From positions 23,703 to 87,702 of the forward strand of contig JADJPQ010000029.1 in the NCBI GenBank assembly GCA_016713175.1: a stretch of DNA of 64,000 nt. Direction: 5' to 3'. This DNA is from Planctomycetota bacterium. Its GTDB lineage: Bacteria > Planctomycetota > UBA1135 > UBA2386. The notes under the pieces are model-generated. The model was not told the DNA's origin. It saw nothing but the letters and a program-made list of their open reading frames with translations, and ran no database searches. Numbering within the stretch: position 1 is the stretch's first letter; each line of letters opens with the position of its first letter. Position numbers and translations under genes: made by a program. Positions 1-9,556 of the stretch are shown here, piece after piece.

Positions 1-1
1 A

Positions 2-1687
2 TCGGCACTGCCGGTCGACATCTCCGGTTGGCAGATCATCAACCGCGATCCGGGCAGCCCGCTGTACGGCGGCGGCGGCACCGACCCGACCCACGTGATC
101 CCGCCCGGCACGATCCTGGCGCCCGGCGCCTACTGGGTGCTCGGCAACATCGCGGTGTTGAACGTCAACCAGGTGTTCGCCGCCAACGGCCTCGAGAACG
201 ACAACGAGTCCATCGAACTGGTCGACACCACCAACGCGATCGTGGACAGCGTCTGCTACGAGATGGGCATCGGCACGTTCGGCCCGCACCCGATCGAAGG
301 CGCCGGTTTCTACGGTGATCTCGCGGTCGGCAATGGTCCGAGTTCCTCGATCGGTCGCCGCGTCGACGGTCTCGACAACGACAACAACGGCCGCGACTTC
401 GCGATGTCGATGGCGGCGACTCCCGGCGCCAGCAACACGGTCACCACGAACGTCGTACCGCTGCTGGAGAGCTTCGACGGCGGCGTCGTCGGCGCGTCGA
501 TCCTGGGCTGGACCCAGGGTTTCGTGCAGCCCAAGTACGTCGACCCGACGCAGGTGAACTCGCAGAACCTGACCGCCAAGCCACTGTCGCCGCAGGGCGG
601 CCTGACGATGTCGACCTGGGACAACACCGGTGGCGGCAACTCCGTCGTGCTGACCAATGCCATGATCGCCGACGTCGTCGTCGAGTCCTACGTCTGGGTC
701 GAGCCGATGATGACCCCGGTCAACCCGGCGCCATACACCCCGTCGGTGCCACCGGTGATGCTCGACAACTACAACATCGGCGACGGCGAGTGGTGGGCCA
801 TGGGCGTCCGCGGCTCGGTGGCCGCCAACGGCAATCCGCCGAACGTCGGCGGCTACTTCGGCACCATCAGCCTCGGTGTCGGCACGCGATATCACTCGGT
901 CACCGGCATCGCCTGGGCGCACTTCCGGACGCCGACCAGTGCGACGCTGTGGTTGATCGACTTCGGCAACGGCAGCACCGCGGCCAACCCGCAGAACTGG
1001 ACCGTGATCGGCGGCCCGATCAACATCGTCGCCGGCCAGAACGACGGCTGGCAGCGCGTGCGCCTGCACGTCCAGGGCAACAAGGTCATCGGCAACTTCG
1101 GCGGCACGTTCGGCTGCGATGACGGCACCCGCTTCGCCGGCTCGACCACGACCACGGACGCCGGCCAGATCTACATCGGCTACCGCGAAGCCGTGCTCTA
1201 CAACAGCAACGGCGTGGCCGGTTGCCACCCGCCGTTGTTCGACCTGTTCGACGTGCACGTGCCGAGCACGACCCAGACGCTGATCGGCACCGGCTCGCCG
1301 ACCTCGGCGGGCACGCCGACGATCGACGCCGACGGCCTGGCGATCCCGGGCTCGGCGAACTTCGCGTTCCTCGGCAGCAACCTGAAGCCGATGGGCTCGC
1401 TGGGCTACGCGTTCTGCGGCCTGGTGCTCGGCTTCTCGTCGCTGCCGACCGGCTTCCCGATCCCGGGGGCACCGGTCACGGCGCTCGGCTACGTGCTGCC
1501 GATCCAGGCGTCGGCAATCGGATTCGCGGATGCGAATGGCAACGTCCGCTTCCCGTTCCCGATCCCTTGCGACCTCAGCTACCGCGGCATCCCGCTGGTG
1601 ACGCAGATCGCCGACTTCGACTTCACCCTGCCCAACGCGTTGCCGATCGGCACGTCGCGCGGCATGGAGATGATCGTCGGCAACTGA
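2..1687 (+). CDS. Secreted lamin-tail-domain (LTD)-like protein, 5' end outside window; ends in the recurrent C-terminal domain
   Basis: Frame 2 is open from base 2 (SALPVDISGWQIINRD...GTILAPGAYWVLGN...NDNESIELVD, LTD-like beta-sandwich motifs). The frame is not Arg-rich and has high GC3. Stop TGA at 1685-1687, followed by a terminator hairpin. Confidence 0.7.
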   Translation, partial: SALPVDISGWQIINRDPGSPLYGGGGTDPTHVIPPGTILAPGAYWVLGNIAVLNVNQVFAANGLENDNESIELVDTTNAIVDSVCYEMGIGTFGPHPIEGAGFYGDLAVGNGPSSSIGRRVDGLDNDNNGRDFAMSMAATPGASNTVTTNVVPLLESFDGGVVGASILGWTQGFVQPKYVDPTQVNSQNLTAKPLSPQGGLTMSTWDNTGGGNSVVLTNAMIADVVVESYVWVEPMMTPVNPAPYTPSVPPVMLDNYNIGDGEWWAMGVRGSVAANGNPPNVGGYFGTISLGVGTRYHSVTGIAWAHFRTPTSATLWLIDFGNGSTAANPQNWTVIGGPINIVAGQNDGWQRVRLHVQGNKVIGNFGGTFGCDDGTRFAGSTTTTDAGQIYIGYREAVLYNSNGVAGCHPPLFDLFDVHVPSTTQTLIGTGSPTSAGTPTIDADGLAIPGSANFAFLGSNLKPMGSLGYAFCGLVLGFSSLPTGFPIPGAPVTALGYVLPIQASAIGFADANGNVRFPFPIPCDLSYRGIPLVTQIADFDFTLPNALPIGTSRGMEMIVGN

Positions 1688-1709
1688 GCGCGCGCAGACG
1701 TCCCGACAA

Positions 1710-1744
1710 CCCCGCTCCGGGTCGAGGCCCGCAGCGGGGTTTTT
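1710..1744 (+). terminator. Rho-independent terminator
   Basis: CCCCGCT (1710-1716) pairs with AGCGGGG (1733-1739), followed directly by TTTTT (1740-1744). It begins 23 nt after the stop codon. Confidence 0.6.
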
Positions 1745-1769
1745 CATTGTCTGGCGACGCCTCCGATCG

Positions 1770-2657
1770 ATGATCGGCGGCATGCGCCAACCCCGCCGCG
1801 TCGCGACGTGCTTGCTGCTGGGCTCCCTCGCCAGCGCCCAGATCCCGCTGCGCTACGACCTGGCCACCAGCCAGCCGTTCCACTACGGCATCACGATCGA
1901 CGCGACGTTCGCGCAAACGCGCGGCGCACAGCGCGCCGAGTTCGGCATGCACTTCGCCCTGCACTTCACGGCCACGCCGGGCGAGACGAAGGACGGCAAG
2001 ACGCAGGTCGCGCATCTGCTGCATCGGGTGCAGGCGCGCTCCACCATGCCGATGGCCAAGGTCGACTGGGACAGCGACCGGAAAGACAGCCAGCCCGGCG
2101 CGCTGCAGAGCCTGGCCGAACTGGTCGGCAAGACGTTCATCGTGCCGGTCGACGAGTATGGCGCGATCGGCCGCGTGCAGGCGCCAACGGGCGTCACAGC
2201 AAAGGCCACCGACGATCTCGGTGCCGGCGATCTCGACACGCTGTTCGGGCAGTACTTCATCGCGCTGCCGAACACGCCGATCGCCGAGGGCGGCTCCTGG
2301 GACGCCGCCGTCAAGATGTTCAACCCGAAGCTCACGGGCGGCGGCGACGTCAAGGTCACCAGCAAGCTCGTGCGCGTGGCCGAAGGCAAAGCGGTCGTCG
2401 AACGCAAGTTCCACGTCGATCCGGCCTCGGCGCCGAAGGCGCCCGGCATGACCGTCACGGTCGACAAAGCCGAGAGCACGTGGATGCTCGACCTGAGCAC
2501 CGGGCGGGTCAGCGGTTCGGTGATGGAACTGGCGTCGACGGTCGCGCGCGAGGGTCAGCAGATCGCGTCGTCGGTGCGGGTGACGGTCAACCCGGAGGCG
2601 GCGCCGGGGCCGAAGACGGGCACGGCAACGCCGGTGCCGGCCAGCGCCGGCAGGTAG
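1770..2657 (+). CDS. Hypothetical secreted protein
   Basis: ATG at 1770 (alternative ATG at 1782). Signal-like N-terminus RVATCLLLGSLASAQ. Balanced composition, unlike the Arg/Pro-rich overlapping frames. No recognisable domain. Confidence 0.55.
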   Translation: MIGGMRQPRRVATCLLLGSLASAQIPLRYDLATSQPFHYGITIDATFAQTRGAQRAEFGMHFALHFTATPGETKDGKTQVAHLLHRVQARSTMPMAKVDWDSDRKDSQPGALQSLAELVGKTFIVPVDEYGAIGRVQAPTGVTAKATDDLGAGDLDTLFGQYFIALPNTPIAEGGSWDAAVKMFNPKLTGGGDVKVTSKLVRVAEGKAVVERKFHVDPASAPKAPGMTVTVDKAESTWMLDLSTGRVSGSVMELASTVAREGQQIASSVRVTVNPEAAPGPKTGTATPVPASAGR

Positions 2658-2660
2658 CGT

Positions 2661-5438
2661 TCAGCGCTCCGTTGCCGCCAGCACGGCGTCATGCACGGCC
2701 TGGCGGACCGCCGCGATCCCGCTGTTCACGCGGGTCGGATGCACGCGGTTGGTCAGCAGCACGACACCGACGCCGCTGCCAGGGTCGCACCACAGCGACG
2801 TGCCGGTGAACCCCGTGTGGCCGAACGCGCCCGCCGGCACCGACGTGCCGCCGAAACCGCCGCTCTGCAGCCGGTCGAACCCGAGCGCGCGGGTCGAACC
2901 GGGCACCAGCCCGGCCGGCGCCACGGCCTGTTGCGCCAGCGCCGACGGCAGGAAACCGCGACCACAGCCGAGGAACGCCACGCCGACGCGGGCGACGTCG
3001 AACGCGGTGCCGAACATCCCGGCATGGCCGGAGATGCCGCCCATCGCGAAGGCATTCTCGTCGTGCACGAAGCCTCGGACGATGCCCCCGCGCGCCGGAT
3101 CGTTCTCGGTCGGCGGCGCCGCCAGCGGTGCGCCGGCGGTTGGCGCAAAGCGCGCTCCGGCCATGCCGAGCGGCGCGAAGACCTCCTGGGCAACGTAGTC
3201 GGCAAACGGCTGGCCGGTGGCGCGTTCGACCACCGCCATCAGCAGCACGAAGCCCAGATCACTGTAGGTCATGGTCGAACCCGGCTCGGTCATCAGGCCC
3301 TCCGCGGCCGCCGCGGCGACGATCGCATCCCTGCCCTGTATGGTCCGGTAGTAGCGTTCGTAGGCCGGCAACCCGCCGGCATGCGCGAGCAGATGGCGGA
3401 TCGTGACCCGTTCCTTGCCGACACCGACGAACGCCGGCAGCCACTTCTGCACCGGATCGTCGAGCGCCAACTTGCCGGCCGCGGCGGCGCGCAGCACCGC
3501 CGGCGTCGTCGCGCAGACTTTCGTCAGCGACGCCAGATCCCAGGGCGTGTCGAGCGTCACCGCCGCCGACTTCGCGTCGTAGTCATGCCGTCCGACCGCC
3601 ACCTGCGCGATCACCACGCCATGGCGTGCGACGACGCACACCGCGCCGGGGAACACCCGCTGCTGCACGGCGTGCGCGAGCAGCCCGTGCAACCGTTCGC
3701 CGAGTTGCGGATCGATGCCATGGTCTGCCGGATCACCGGCCGCGAGATCCCGGCCCGGCAAGAACGTCACGCCGGCACCGGCGGCCGCGACGCCGGGGAT
3801 CGACACCGGCAGTCGACCGGTGGCCGGCTGGCGACCGACGAGCACGTCGGCGACCGCGCGTTCCTGCACTGGCGATCCGGCATAGGCGCACGCGTAGGCC
3901 ACGTTCGCCGGCAGTCCCTGCACCAGGTACGGGTTGCCGAACGAGATCGCCACCACCGGACGATCCGCGGGCAACGCCGCCGCCACCGGTCGCAACGCCG
4001 GCGGCAGGCCGATCGTGCCCGAGAACTCGCGGACCTTGACGTGCATCGCCAGCACGACGCCGTCGGCCGCACGCAGCGCGGTCACCGCCGCGTCGACCTC
4101 GGCCGACGACGACCCCGGATGCAGCCGGAACCGGGCGCCGGTGCGCACGCCGCGCTCGGCCAGAGCCTCGGGCAGAGCCGCGCCCACGGTGGCGTCGTCC
4201 TTGTCGAGCAGCGTCACGATCGCCCAGGGCCGTACCGCCGCCAGCGGCACCAGGCCGGCCGGATCCCGCACCACGGTGACCCCGCGCGCCGCGATTTCGC
4301 CACCGACCGCAGCGCCGGCCGCCGTGCCGACCTGCGCCCGCCAGTCCGCGGCCACGCGACCACCTCCCGACAACAACCCGACCCTGGCCTTCGCGGTCAG
4401 GATCCGCAGCACGGCCTCGTCGAGCCGCGCCATCGGCACGCGCGCGGACTGCACGGCCTGCACCACGGCGTCGCGCGCGGCCTTTGGATCGGGCGGCATC
4501 AACAGCACATCGGCACCCGCCAGCAGCGCCCGCACCGCCACTTCGCCGGCGGGAAAGGCATTCTTGACGCCACCCATCTCCAACGCATCGGTGACCAGAA
4601 GCCCGGTGAACCCCAGTTCGGTGCGCAACACGTCGCCGAGGATCTTGCGGCTCAAGGTCGCCGGCGTCGCCGGATCCTCACCGAGGCCAGGCACCGCCAG
4701 GTGGCCCGTCATCACCGACTCGAGCCCGGCCGCCGCCGCGACCTGGAACGGCCGCAGCTCGATCGAACGCAGCCGTTCGCCGTCGCCCGGCACCGTCGGC
4801 AGCGCCAGATGCGAGTCGGAATCGACGTTGCCATGCCCGGGGAAGTGCTTGCCGCAGGCCAGCAACCCGCTGCTGCGCACGCCGGCCGCGAACGCAGCGC
4901 CCAGCCGCGCGACCAGTTCGGGATCCTCGCCGAAGCTGCGCACGTTGATGATCGGGTTCAGCGGGTTGTTGTTGACGTCGAGCACCGGCGCGAACACCCA
5001 GTGGAAGCCGAGCGCCTTGGCCTCACGGCCGGTCACTTCGCCCATCGCCCGGGCCAGCGCCGCGCGCCGGCCGGCGCCGACCAGCATCTGGTTGCCCATC
5101 TCGGTCGCCCCCGTCAGTCGGAAGGCCACGCCGCCCTCGAAGTCACCGGCCAGGAGCAGCGGCACCTTCGCCGCCGCCTGCAGTTGCGGCACCAGTGCCG
5201 CCGCCTGCTCGACACTGCCGAGACTCAGGATCACGCCGCCGAGCCCGACGTCGGCGACCGCGGTCAGCAGCGCCTTGCCCTTGTCCGTGGTCGGCGTTTC
5301 GCTCGCCAGGCTCCAGCACATGAACAGCTGCCCGGCCTTCTGCTCGAGCGACAGTGTGGCCAGCAGTTCCGCCGGGTCCTGGGCAGGCAGCGGCAGCAGG
5401 GTGATGACGGCAACGAACGGCAACGACGGCAGGCGCAT
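2661..5438 (-). CDS. Glycoside hydrolase family 3 (NagZ-like beta-N-acetylhexosaminidase, N- and C-terminal GH3 domains) fused to a beta-lactamase-fold serine hydrolase
   Basis: ATG at 5438 gives the signal peptide MRLPSLPFVAVITLLPLPAQ. GH3 motif KHFPGHGNVDSDSH. C-terminal third carries SLTK, YSD and HTG motifs (SxxK/YxN/KTG-like). The 178 codons upstream of this ATG in the track ORF are Arg/Gly junk. Confidence 0.85.
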   Translation of the reverse strand: MRLPSLPFVAVITLLPLPAQDPAELLATLSLEQKAGQLFMCWSLASETPTTDKGKALLTAVADVGLGGVILSLGSVEQAAALVPQLQAAAKVPLLLAGDFEGGVAFRLTGATEMGNQMLVGAGRRAALARAMGEVTGREAKALGFHWVFAPVLDVNNNPLNPIINVRSFGEDPELVARLGAAFAAGVRSSGLLACGKHFPGHGNVDSDSHLALPTVPGDGERLRSIELRPFQVAAAAGLESVMTGHLAVPGLGEDPATPATLSRKILGDVLRTELGFTGLLVTDALEMGGVKNAFPAGEVAVRALLAGADVLLMPPDPKAARDAVVQAVQSARVPMARLDEAVLRILTAKARVGLLSGGGRVAADWRAQVGTAAGAAVGGEIAARGVTVVRDPAGLVPLAAVRPWAIVTLLDKDDATVGAALPEALAERGVRTGARFRLHPGSSSAEVDAAVTALRAADGVVLAMHVKVREFSGTIGLPPALRPVAAALPADRPVVAISFGNPYLVQGLPANVAYACAYAGSPVQERAVADVLVGRQPATGRLPVSIPGVAAAGAGVTFLPGRDLAAGDPADHGIDPQLGERLHGLLAHAVQQRVFPGAVCVVARHGVVIAQVAVGRHDYDAKSAAVTLDTPWDLASLTKVCATTPAVLRAAAAGKLALDDPVQKWLPAFVGVGKERVTIRHLLAHAGGLPAYERYYRTIQGRDAIVAAAAAEGLMTEPGSTMTYSDLGFVLLMAVVERATGQPFADYVAQEVFAPLGMAGARFAPTAGAPLAAPPTENDPARGGIVRGFVHDENAFAMGGISGHAGMFGTAFDVARVGVAFLGCGRGFLPSALAQQAVAPAGLVPGSTRALGFDRLQSGGFGGTSVPAGAFGHTGFTGTSLWCDPGSGVGVVLLTNRVHPTRVNSGIAAVRQAVHDAVLAATER

Positions 5439-5494
5439 GCGTTCATCGCAAACGACGCCGCGGCGACACACAACAGCCGGCTGTCCGAAAGCGG

Positions 5495-6253
5495 CTACGC
5501 CCGCGCCGCGCGACCGAGTTCGCTGGCGGCCTCGCGGTCGAGCAGCACCAGCGCGTTGCCGTGCCGCCGCAGCACCGACGCCGGACACGCGGCGCCAACC
5601 TCGCCGTCGAGCATCGCCGCGACCGCCGGCGCCTTGGCCTTGCCGAACGCGCACAGGATCACCCGCCGCGCCTGCAGGATCGTCGCCAATCCGGCCGTGC
5701 ACGCCTGCAGCGGCGGTTCGTCGGGCAGGAACCGCGGCCGCGCATCCTCGCGCGTCGTCGCCGCCAGCGTCGTCACGTGGAAGCCGAGTTCGAACGGCGT
5801 ACCCGGTTCGTTGAACGCCAGATGGCCGTTGCGGCCGATACCGAGCAGTTGCAGCTGGACCCCACCGGCCCGCTGCAGTCGCTGTTCGTGGGCCCGCAGC
5901 GCCGCCTCGGTGCCGTCGTGCGGCACCGGCAGGAACATGCCGGCACGGCGGCGCTCGGCCAAGGCCGGGCAACCGGCCTCCAGTTCGTGCACCATGCCGC
6001 CCTTGCGTTCGGGCGGGAACCCCAGGTACTCGTCGAGGTGCGTCGCCAGCAACGCCGCCAGCGGCAACCGGCCGGCGGCGAATTCGGTCTGCAGCCGTGA
6101 GAACAAGCCCGCGAACGTTGCGCCGGTCGCCAGCCCCAACAACGACCGCTGGCCGGGCAACAACAGCGCGCGGATCTCGTCGAGCACGAGGTCCTGGGCC
6201 TGCGCCGGCGAAGCGGTGATACGAACGTCTGGCGTGGACTCGCGGGCAACCAT
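5495..6253 (-). CDS. nagB: Glucosamine-6-phosphate deaminase
   Basis: Motifs GLATGATFAGLF and LGIGRNGHLAFNEPG. ATG at 6253. Only the last 252 codons of the 695-aa track ORF are used. Confidence 0.85.
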   Translation of the reverse strand: MVARESTPDVRITASPAQAQDLVLDEIRALLLPGQRSLLGLATGATFAGLFSRLQTEFAAGRLPLAALLATHLDEYLGFPPERKGGMVHELEAGCPALAERRRAGMFLPVPHDGTEAALRAHEQRLQRAGGVQLQLLGIGRNGHLAFNEPGTPFELGFHVTTLAATTREDARPRFLPDEPPLQACTAGLATILQARRVILCAFGKAKAPAVAAMLDGEVGAACPASVLRRHGNALVLLDREAASELGRAARA

Positions 6254-6315
6254 CGGGGTGAGGACTGTGCGCGGAAGCCGTGTTGCTGGCAAGTCCTGTC
6301 GGAGAGCCCTTGGCA

Positions 6316-7941
6316 TCAGCCGCCGAACGTCGTCAGGAGCCATGGCAACAGCCGATCCGTCGGCAGCCAATCGCCGGTGTCGGGCGGCAACAGCCCGGGC
6401 GCGCAACCCGAGCGCACGAACGGCAGGATCAGGTCGGCGCGGTTGCTCAGCACATGCAGAGGCACGTCGCGCGTGTGGTCTGGCACCGGCATCACGGCTC
6501 CGATCGGCGGCTGGTGGTCGCCGACGATCAGCACCAGCGACGGTCGCGTCAACAGGGCGACGAAACCGAACACCGCGCGCAGCGTGTACTCGGTCGTCTC
6601 GAGGTACGCCGACACCACTTCCGGATGACGCAGGAAATTCATCGGCCCGAGCGGTCGCGTCGTCGCCGGCGGCACGAACCATTGTTCGCGCGGCGCGCGC
6701 CAGTCGTCGAACAGCCGCGGCACGAACGTGAACGGCGCGTGCGCGGTGGCAGTGACGAACTCGACGAACAACGGCGGCCGGTCGGCCGCCGCGACCCGTT
6801 CCAGCAACACGCGCAGCGAGTACTGATCCGGCGGTCCCCAACCGTGATCGGGGCCGAGGAACGCCAATTGCGGCCGGAACAACTCGTCGTGGAAACCGAA
6901 GAACCTGGCACCCTCGGGCCACGGCGTCGGCATGCCCCCCTGAACGGTCAGGCATCGCCAACCTGCCGCCGCCAGCCGCGCCGGCAACGGCCGCAGCGAC
7001 GACAACAGCAGCCGTTCCCATGTCCGTTGGTCCGGCACCGGCATGCCGCACAGCATCTGCATGTGCGCCAGCCACGAGGCGCCGCCGTAGATCGACGGAC
7101 GCACCCACCGCGTCGCCGAACCGAATCCGGCCGCCGCCAGCCGGGCGTCCTCGGCGCGCAGCAGTTCGCCGAGGCGCTCGCCCAGCACCGGCTGCCGGAA
7201 CGGCGCCCGGCCGTACGATTCGGCGAACACGACGAACACATCGGTACCGCGGAGCTTGCCCAGGTCCTGCGGCAGCGCCGCCAACGTCGCCTCGGCCTGT
7301 CCGATGGCGGTGTCGATCCGTTGCGCGATCGTGCCGGGCGCCAGCCGCTCGCCGACCCAGGCCTGGACGTGGCCGACCAGAGCGAGCAATGCCGACCCCC
7401 GCCAGGCCCATGGGGTCAGGCCCGCCGACGCCGCCAGCATGCGCTGCATCGGCCACACGGCCAGCAGCAGCAGTACGATCGCACCGATCCGCGGTTGTGC
7501 GGCCGCGCGCAGCACCGTGCCGAACGACCAACGCAGCGCCACGACGAGCCCGAGCAGCAGCAGCCCGGCCAGCGTCAGCCAACCGACGCGGGGCGCCGTG
7601 GCCAGATCGTGCAGCAGCAGGTAGGTGAGGTCATCGATCAGCTCGACATCGTCGAGCCGGAACGGCCGATCGAAGCCGAGCTGGATCGCGGCATACGCGG
7701 CCCGGGCCGCGGCAGCCAGCAACAGACCCAGCGTGCAGGCCCAGGCGATGCCCCGGCCAAAGCCGCGCCGCGCCGCCACGGCCACGCCGACGGCCAGCAG
7801 ACCGAGCAGGTCGGCGGCAGGCTGCCGCAACGCCCTGCCGGCTGGCTCGGGCTCCCACGCCATCGGCCACGCCGTGGCGACATGCAGGCATCCGAGCGCC
7901 AACAGCCAACGCCAGACCGGCACGGTCCTCGACTCAGCCAT
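6316..7941 (-). CDS. Membrane-anchored sulfatase/LtaS-like enzyme (alkaline-phosphatase superfamily)
   Basis: N-terminal hydrophobic helices, then a sulfatase-type core (GTDVFVVFAESYG, LIVGDHQPP). ATG at 7941 overlaps the upstream stop by 8 nt (ATGGCTGA). TTG at 7974 is an alternative start. Confidence 0.65.
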   Translation of the reverse strand: MAESRTVPVWRWLLALGCLHVATAWPMAWEPEPAGRALRQPAADLLGLLAVGVAVAARRGFGRGIAWACTLGLLLAAAARAAYAAIQLGFDRPFRLDDVELIDDLTYLLLHDLATAPRVGWLTLAGLLLLGLVVALRWSFGTVLRAAAQPRIGAIVLLLLAVWPMQRMLAASAGLTPWAWRGSALLALVGHVQAWVGERLAPGTIAQRIDTAIGQAEATLAALPQDLGKLRGTDVFVVFAESYGRAPFRQPVLGERLGELLRAEDARLAAAGFGSATRWVRPSIYGGASWLAHMQMLCGMPVPDQRTWERLLLSSLRPLPARLAAAGWRCLTVQGGMPTPWPEGARFFGFHDELFRPQLAFLGPDHGWGPPDQYSLRVLLERVAAADRPPLFVEFVTATAHAPFTFVPRLFDDWRAPREQWFVPPATTRPLGPMNFLRHPEVVSAYLETTEYTLRAVFGFVALLTRPSLVLIVGDHQPPIGAVMPVPDHTRDVPLHVLSNRADLILPFVRSGCAPGLLPPDTGDWLPTDRLLPWLLTTFGG

Positions 7942-9556
7942 CGTCGCGCTCCAGTTCGATCCGCCCGTTCGCAACCACGACCCGACCCGGCAGCGGCTGC
8001 AGTTGTTGCGAGCGAACCGAGAAGCCGACGACGCGATGGCGTCTGCCCGCCGGCATGGCGCCGACCGGAACGGTCAGGCGGAAGGCCACGATCTTGCCGC
8101 CGGACTCGAACTCGGGCAGCGCCACCGCGATCACCCTTGCGGTCGGCTCGTCCGCCAGCAGGAACACCAGGTCCGGCGCCGCTCGCCAACGCGTCGCATG
8201 CACGGTACCGACCACCTGATCGCCATCGATCCGAACGAGCGTGCCGACCGGCAACGCATGCGACGGCGGCGGCGCCAACGACGTCACCGCCGGCAGCCGC
8301 GGCAGCAGTCCGAGCGATCGCAGGGCGGGGATCGCCTGCACGTTGCCCACCGGCACAGGCACGTCGTTGGCCAGGTGTTCGGCGACCGCCACCGCGGCCT
8401 CGCCGCGCCGCAGCACGGCGGCCTGCAGCTTCAGTACTTCGAAGCCGCGGTGCCAATCCTGCACGCCGAGAACGACGGCGCCAGCGACCAACGCCGTCAG
8501 CACCGAGCGCGACAGACAGGCGACGAACACCCCGACCATGCCCGGGGCCAGCAGCGCACCCCCCGGACCGAGTTCGCGCATGGCGGCCGCCGGCAGTTCC
8601 AAGCTACCCCAGCGCTCGGCGTCGAGCACCGCGGCGAACACCGGCCAGGCCACCAGGGCATGGCAGGTCGGCACCAGGCCGGGCGCGGTCGGCGCCCGGA
8701 CCGCGAACGGCCCCATCAGCACGCACAACCACGCCAGCACACCGGCCGCCATCGCGTCCGCATTCAGGTTCGGCAGCAGGTCGGGCAGCCGTTCACCCGT
8801 CGCACGCAGCAGCGCCAGCACCGTCGCTCCAGGCGCCGCCAGCAGCATGGCCAACACCCCCGACGCGGTGTGCGTCGGCGGTGCCGCCGATACCGTCGCG
8901 AGGATGCCGGCCACGGCAACGCAGGCCAAGGCACCAAAACCGTTCGGCTGCCCCGAACGCCGACACCATCGCAGCACGGGAAACGCCAGGGCCAGCCATA
9001 CCGCCGCCCCATGCATGTGGCAGAACGGTGCCAGGAACGCCGCACCGGTCGCCAGCAACAGACATCCGCCTCCAGGCCGACGACCACACAGTGCGTGCAA
9101 CCCGACCAGCAGGCACGCCGTCGCGGCAAAGGCGCCCACCCGTTCGCCGAGCAGCCAGGCGCCGGCGTACGCGGGCGAGAACACCGCCAGCGCCAGCACG
9201 GCCGCCGCGAGACCGGAGAATCCCGGCGCGATCAACCCGACCCGTCGGAGCAGCCGCACCAACAGCAACGTGATGACGACGCCCGCGCCCCAATTGGCCA
9301 GCGCCGCGAGCCCGAGGTCACCGCCCGCCGCCGTCACCGCCAGTCGGTGCAACACGCGCGCGAGCCAATGCGCCGGTCCCTCGCCGAAGTCGCCGAGGTC
9401 CGCCCAGGTGTGCACCGACGGCGACTCCTGCAGCCGCAGACGCCAGGCCACCGGCTCCGGGACCCGGCTGGCCCACGCCAACGTCCACACCAAAGGCAAC
9501 ACCAGCAGCGGAATCGCCACCGCCCAGGGAAGCCAGTTGCGCGCCCGTGAAGTCAT
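7934..9556 (-). CDS. Polytopic inner-membrane protein with soluble C-terminal domain, function unknown
   Basis: About 12 hydrophobic segments (NWLPWAVAIPLLVLPLVWTLAW, GVVITLLLVRLL, LAAAVLALAVFSPAYAGAWLL and others) plus a C-terminus of about 140 aa. ATG at 9556 forms an ATGA overlap with the upstream methyltransferase stop. Confidence 0.6.
   Translation of the reverse strand: MTSRARNWLPWAVAIPLLVLPLVWTLAWASRVPEPVAWRLRLQESPSVHTWADLGDFGEGPAHWLARVLHRLAVTAAGGDLGLAALANWGAGVVITLLLVRLLRRVGLIAPGFSGLAAAVLALAVFSPAYAGAWLLGERVGAFAATACLLVGLHALCGRRPGGGCLLLATGAAFLAPFCHMHGAAVWLALAFPVLRWCRRSGQPNGFGALACVAVAGILATVSAAPPTHTASGVLAMLLAAPGATVLALLRATGERLPDLLPNLNADAMAAGVLAWLCVLMGPFAVRAPTAPGLVPTCHALVAWPVFAAVLDAERWGSLELPAAAMRELGPGGALLAPGMVGVFVACLSRSVLTALVAGAVVLGVQDWHRGFEVLKLQAAVLRRGEAAVAVAEHLANDVPVPVGNVQAIPALRSLGLLPRLPAVTSLAPPPSHALPVGTLVRIDGDQVVGTVHATRWRAAPDLVFLLADEPTARVIAVALPEFESGGKIVAFRLTVPVGAMPAGRRHRVVGFSVRSQQLQPLPGRVVVANGRIELERDDG

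Noticed and set aside
2691-6731. 1346-aa plus-strand ORF, the longest in the region
   Set aside because: It lies antisense to the GH3 fusion and nagB genes, which have clear motifs. Its translation is Arg/Gly/Pro/Ala-rich low complexity with no motif. This is the typical shadow ORF of high-GC DNA.
5495-7582. 695-aa ORF taken as a single gene
   Set aside because: Only the C-terminal 252 aa (from the ATG at 6253) form NagB. The N-terminal 443 codons are Arg/Ala-rich and overlap, out of frame, the sulfatase-like gene, which has real motifs.
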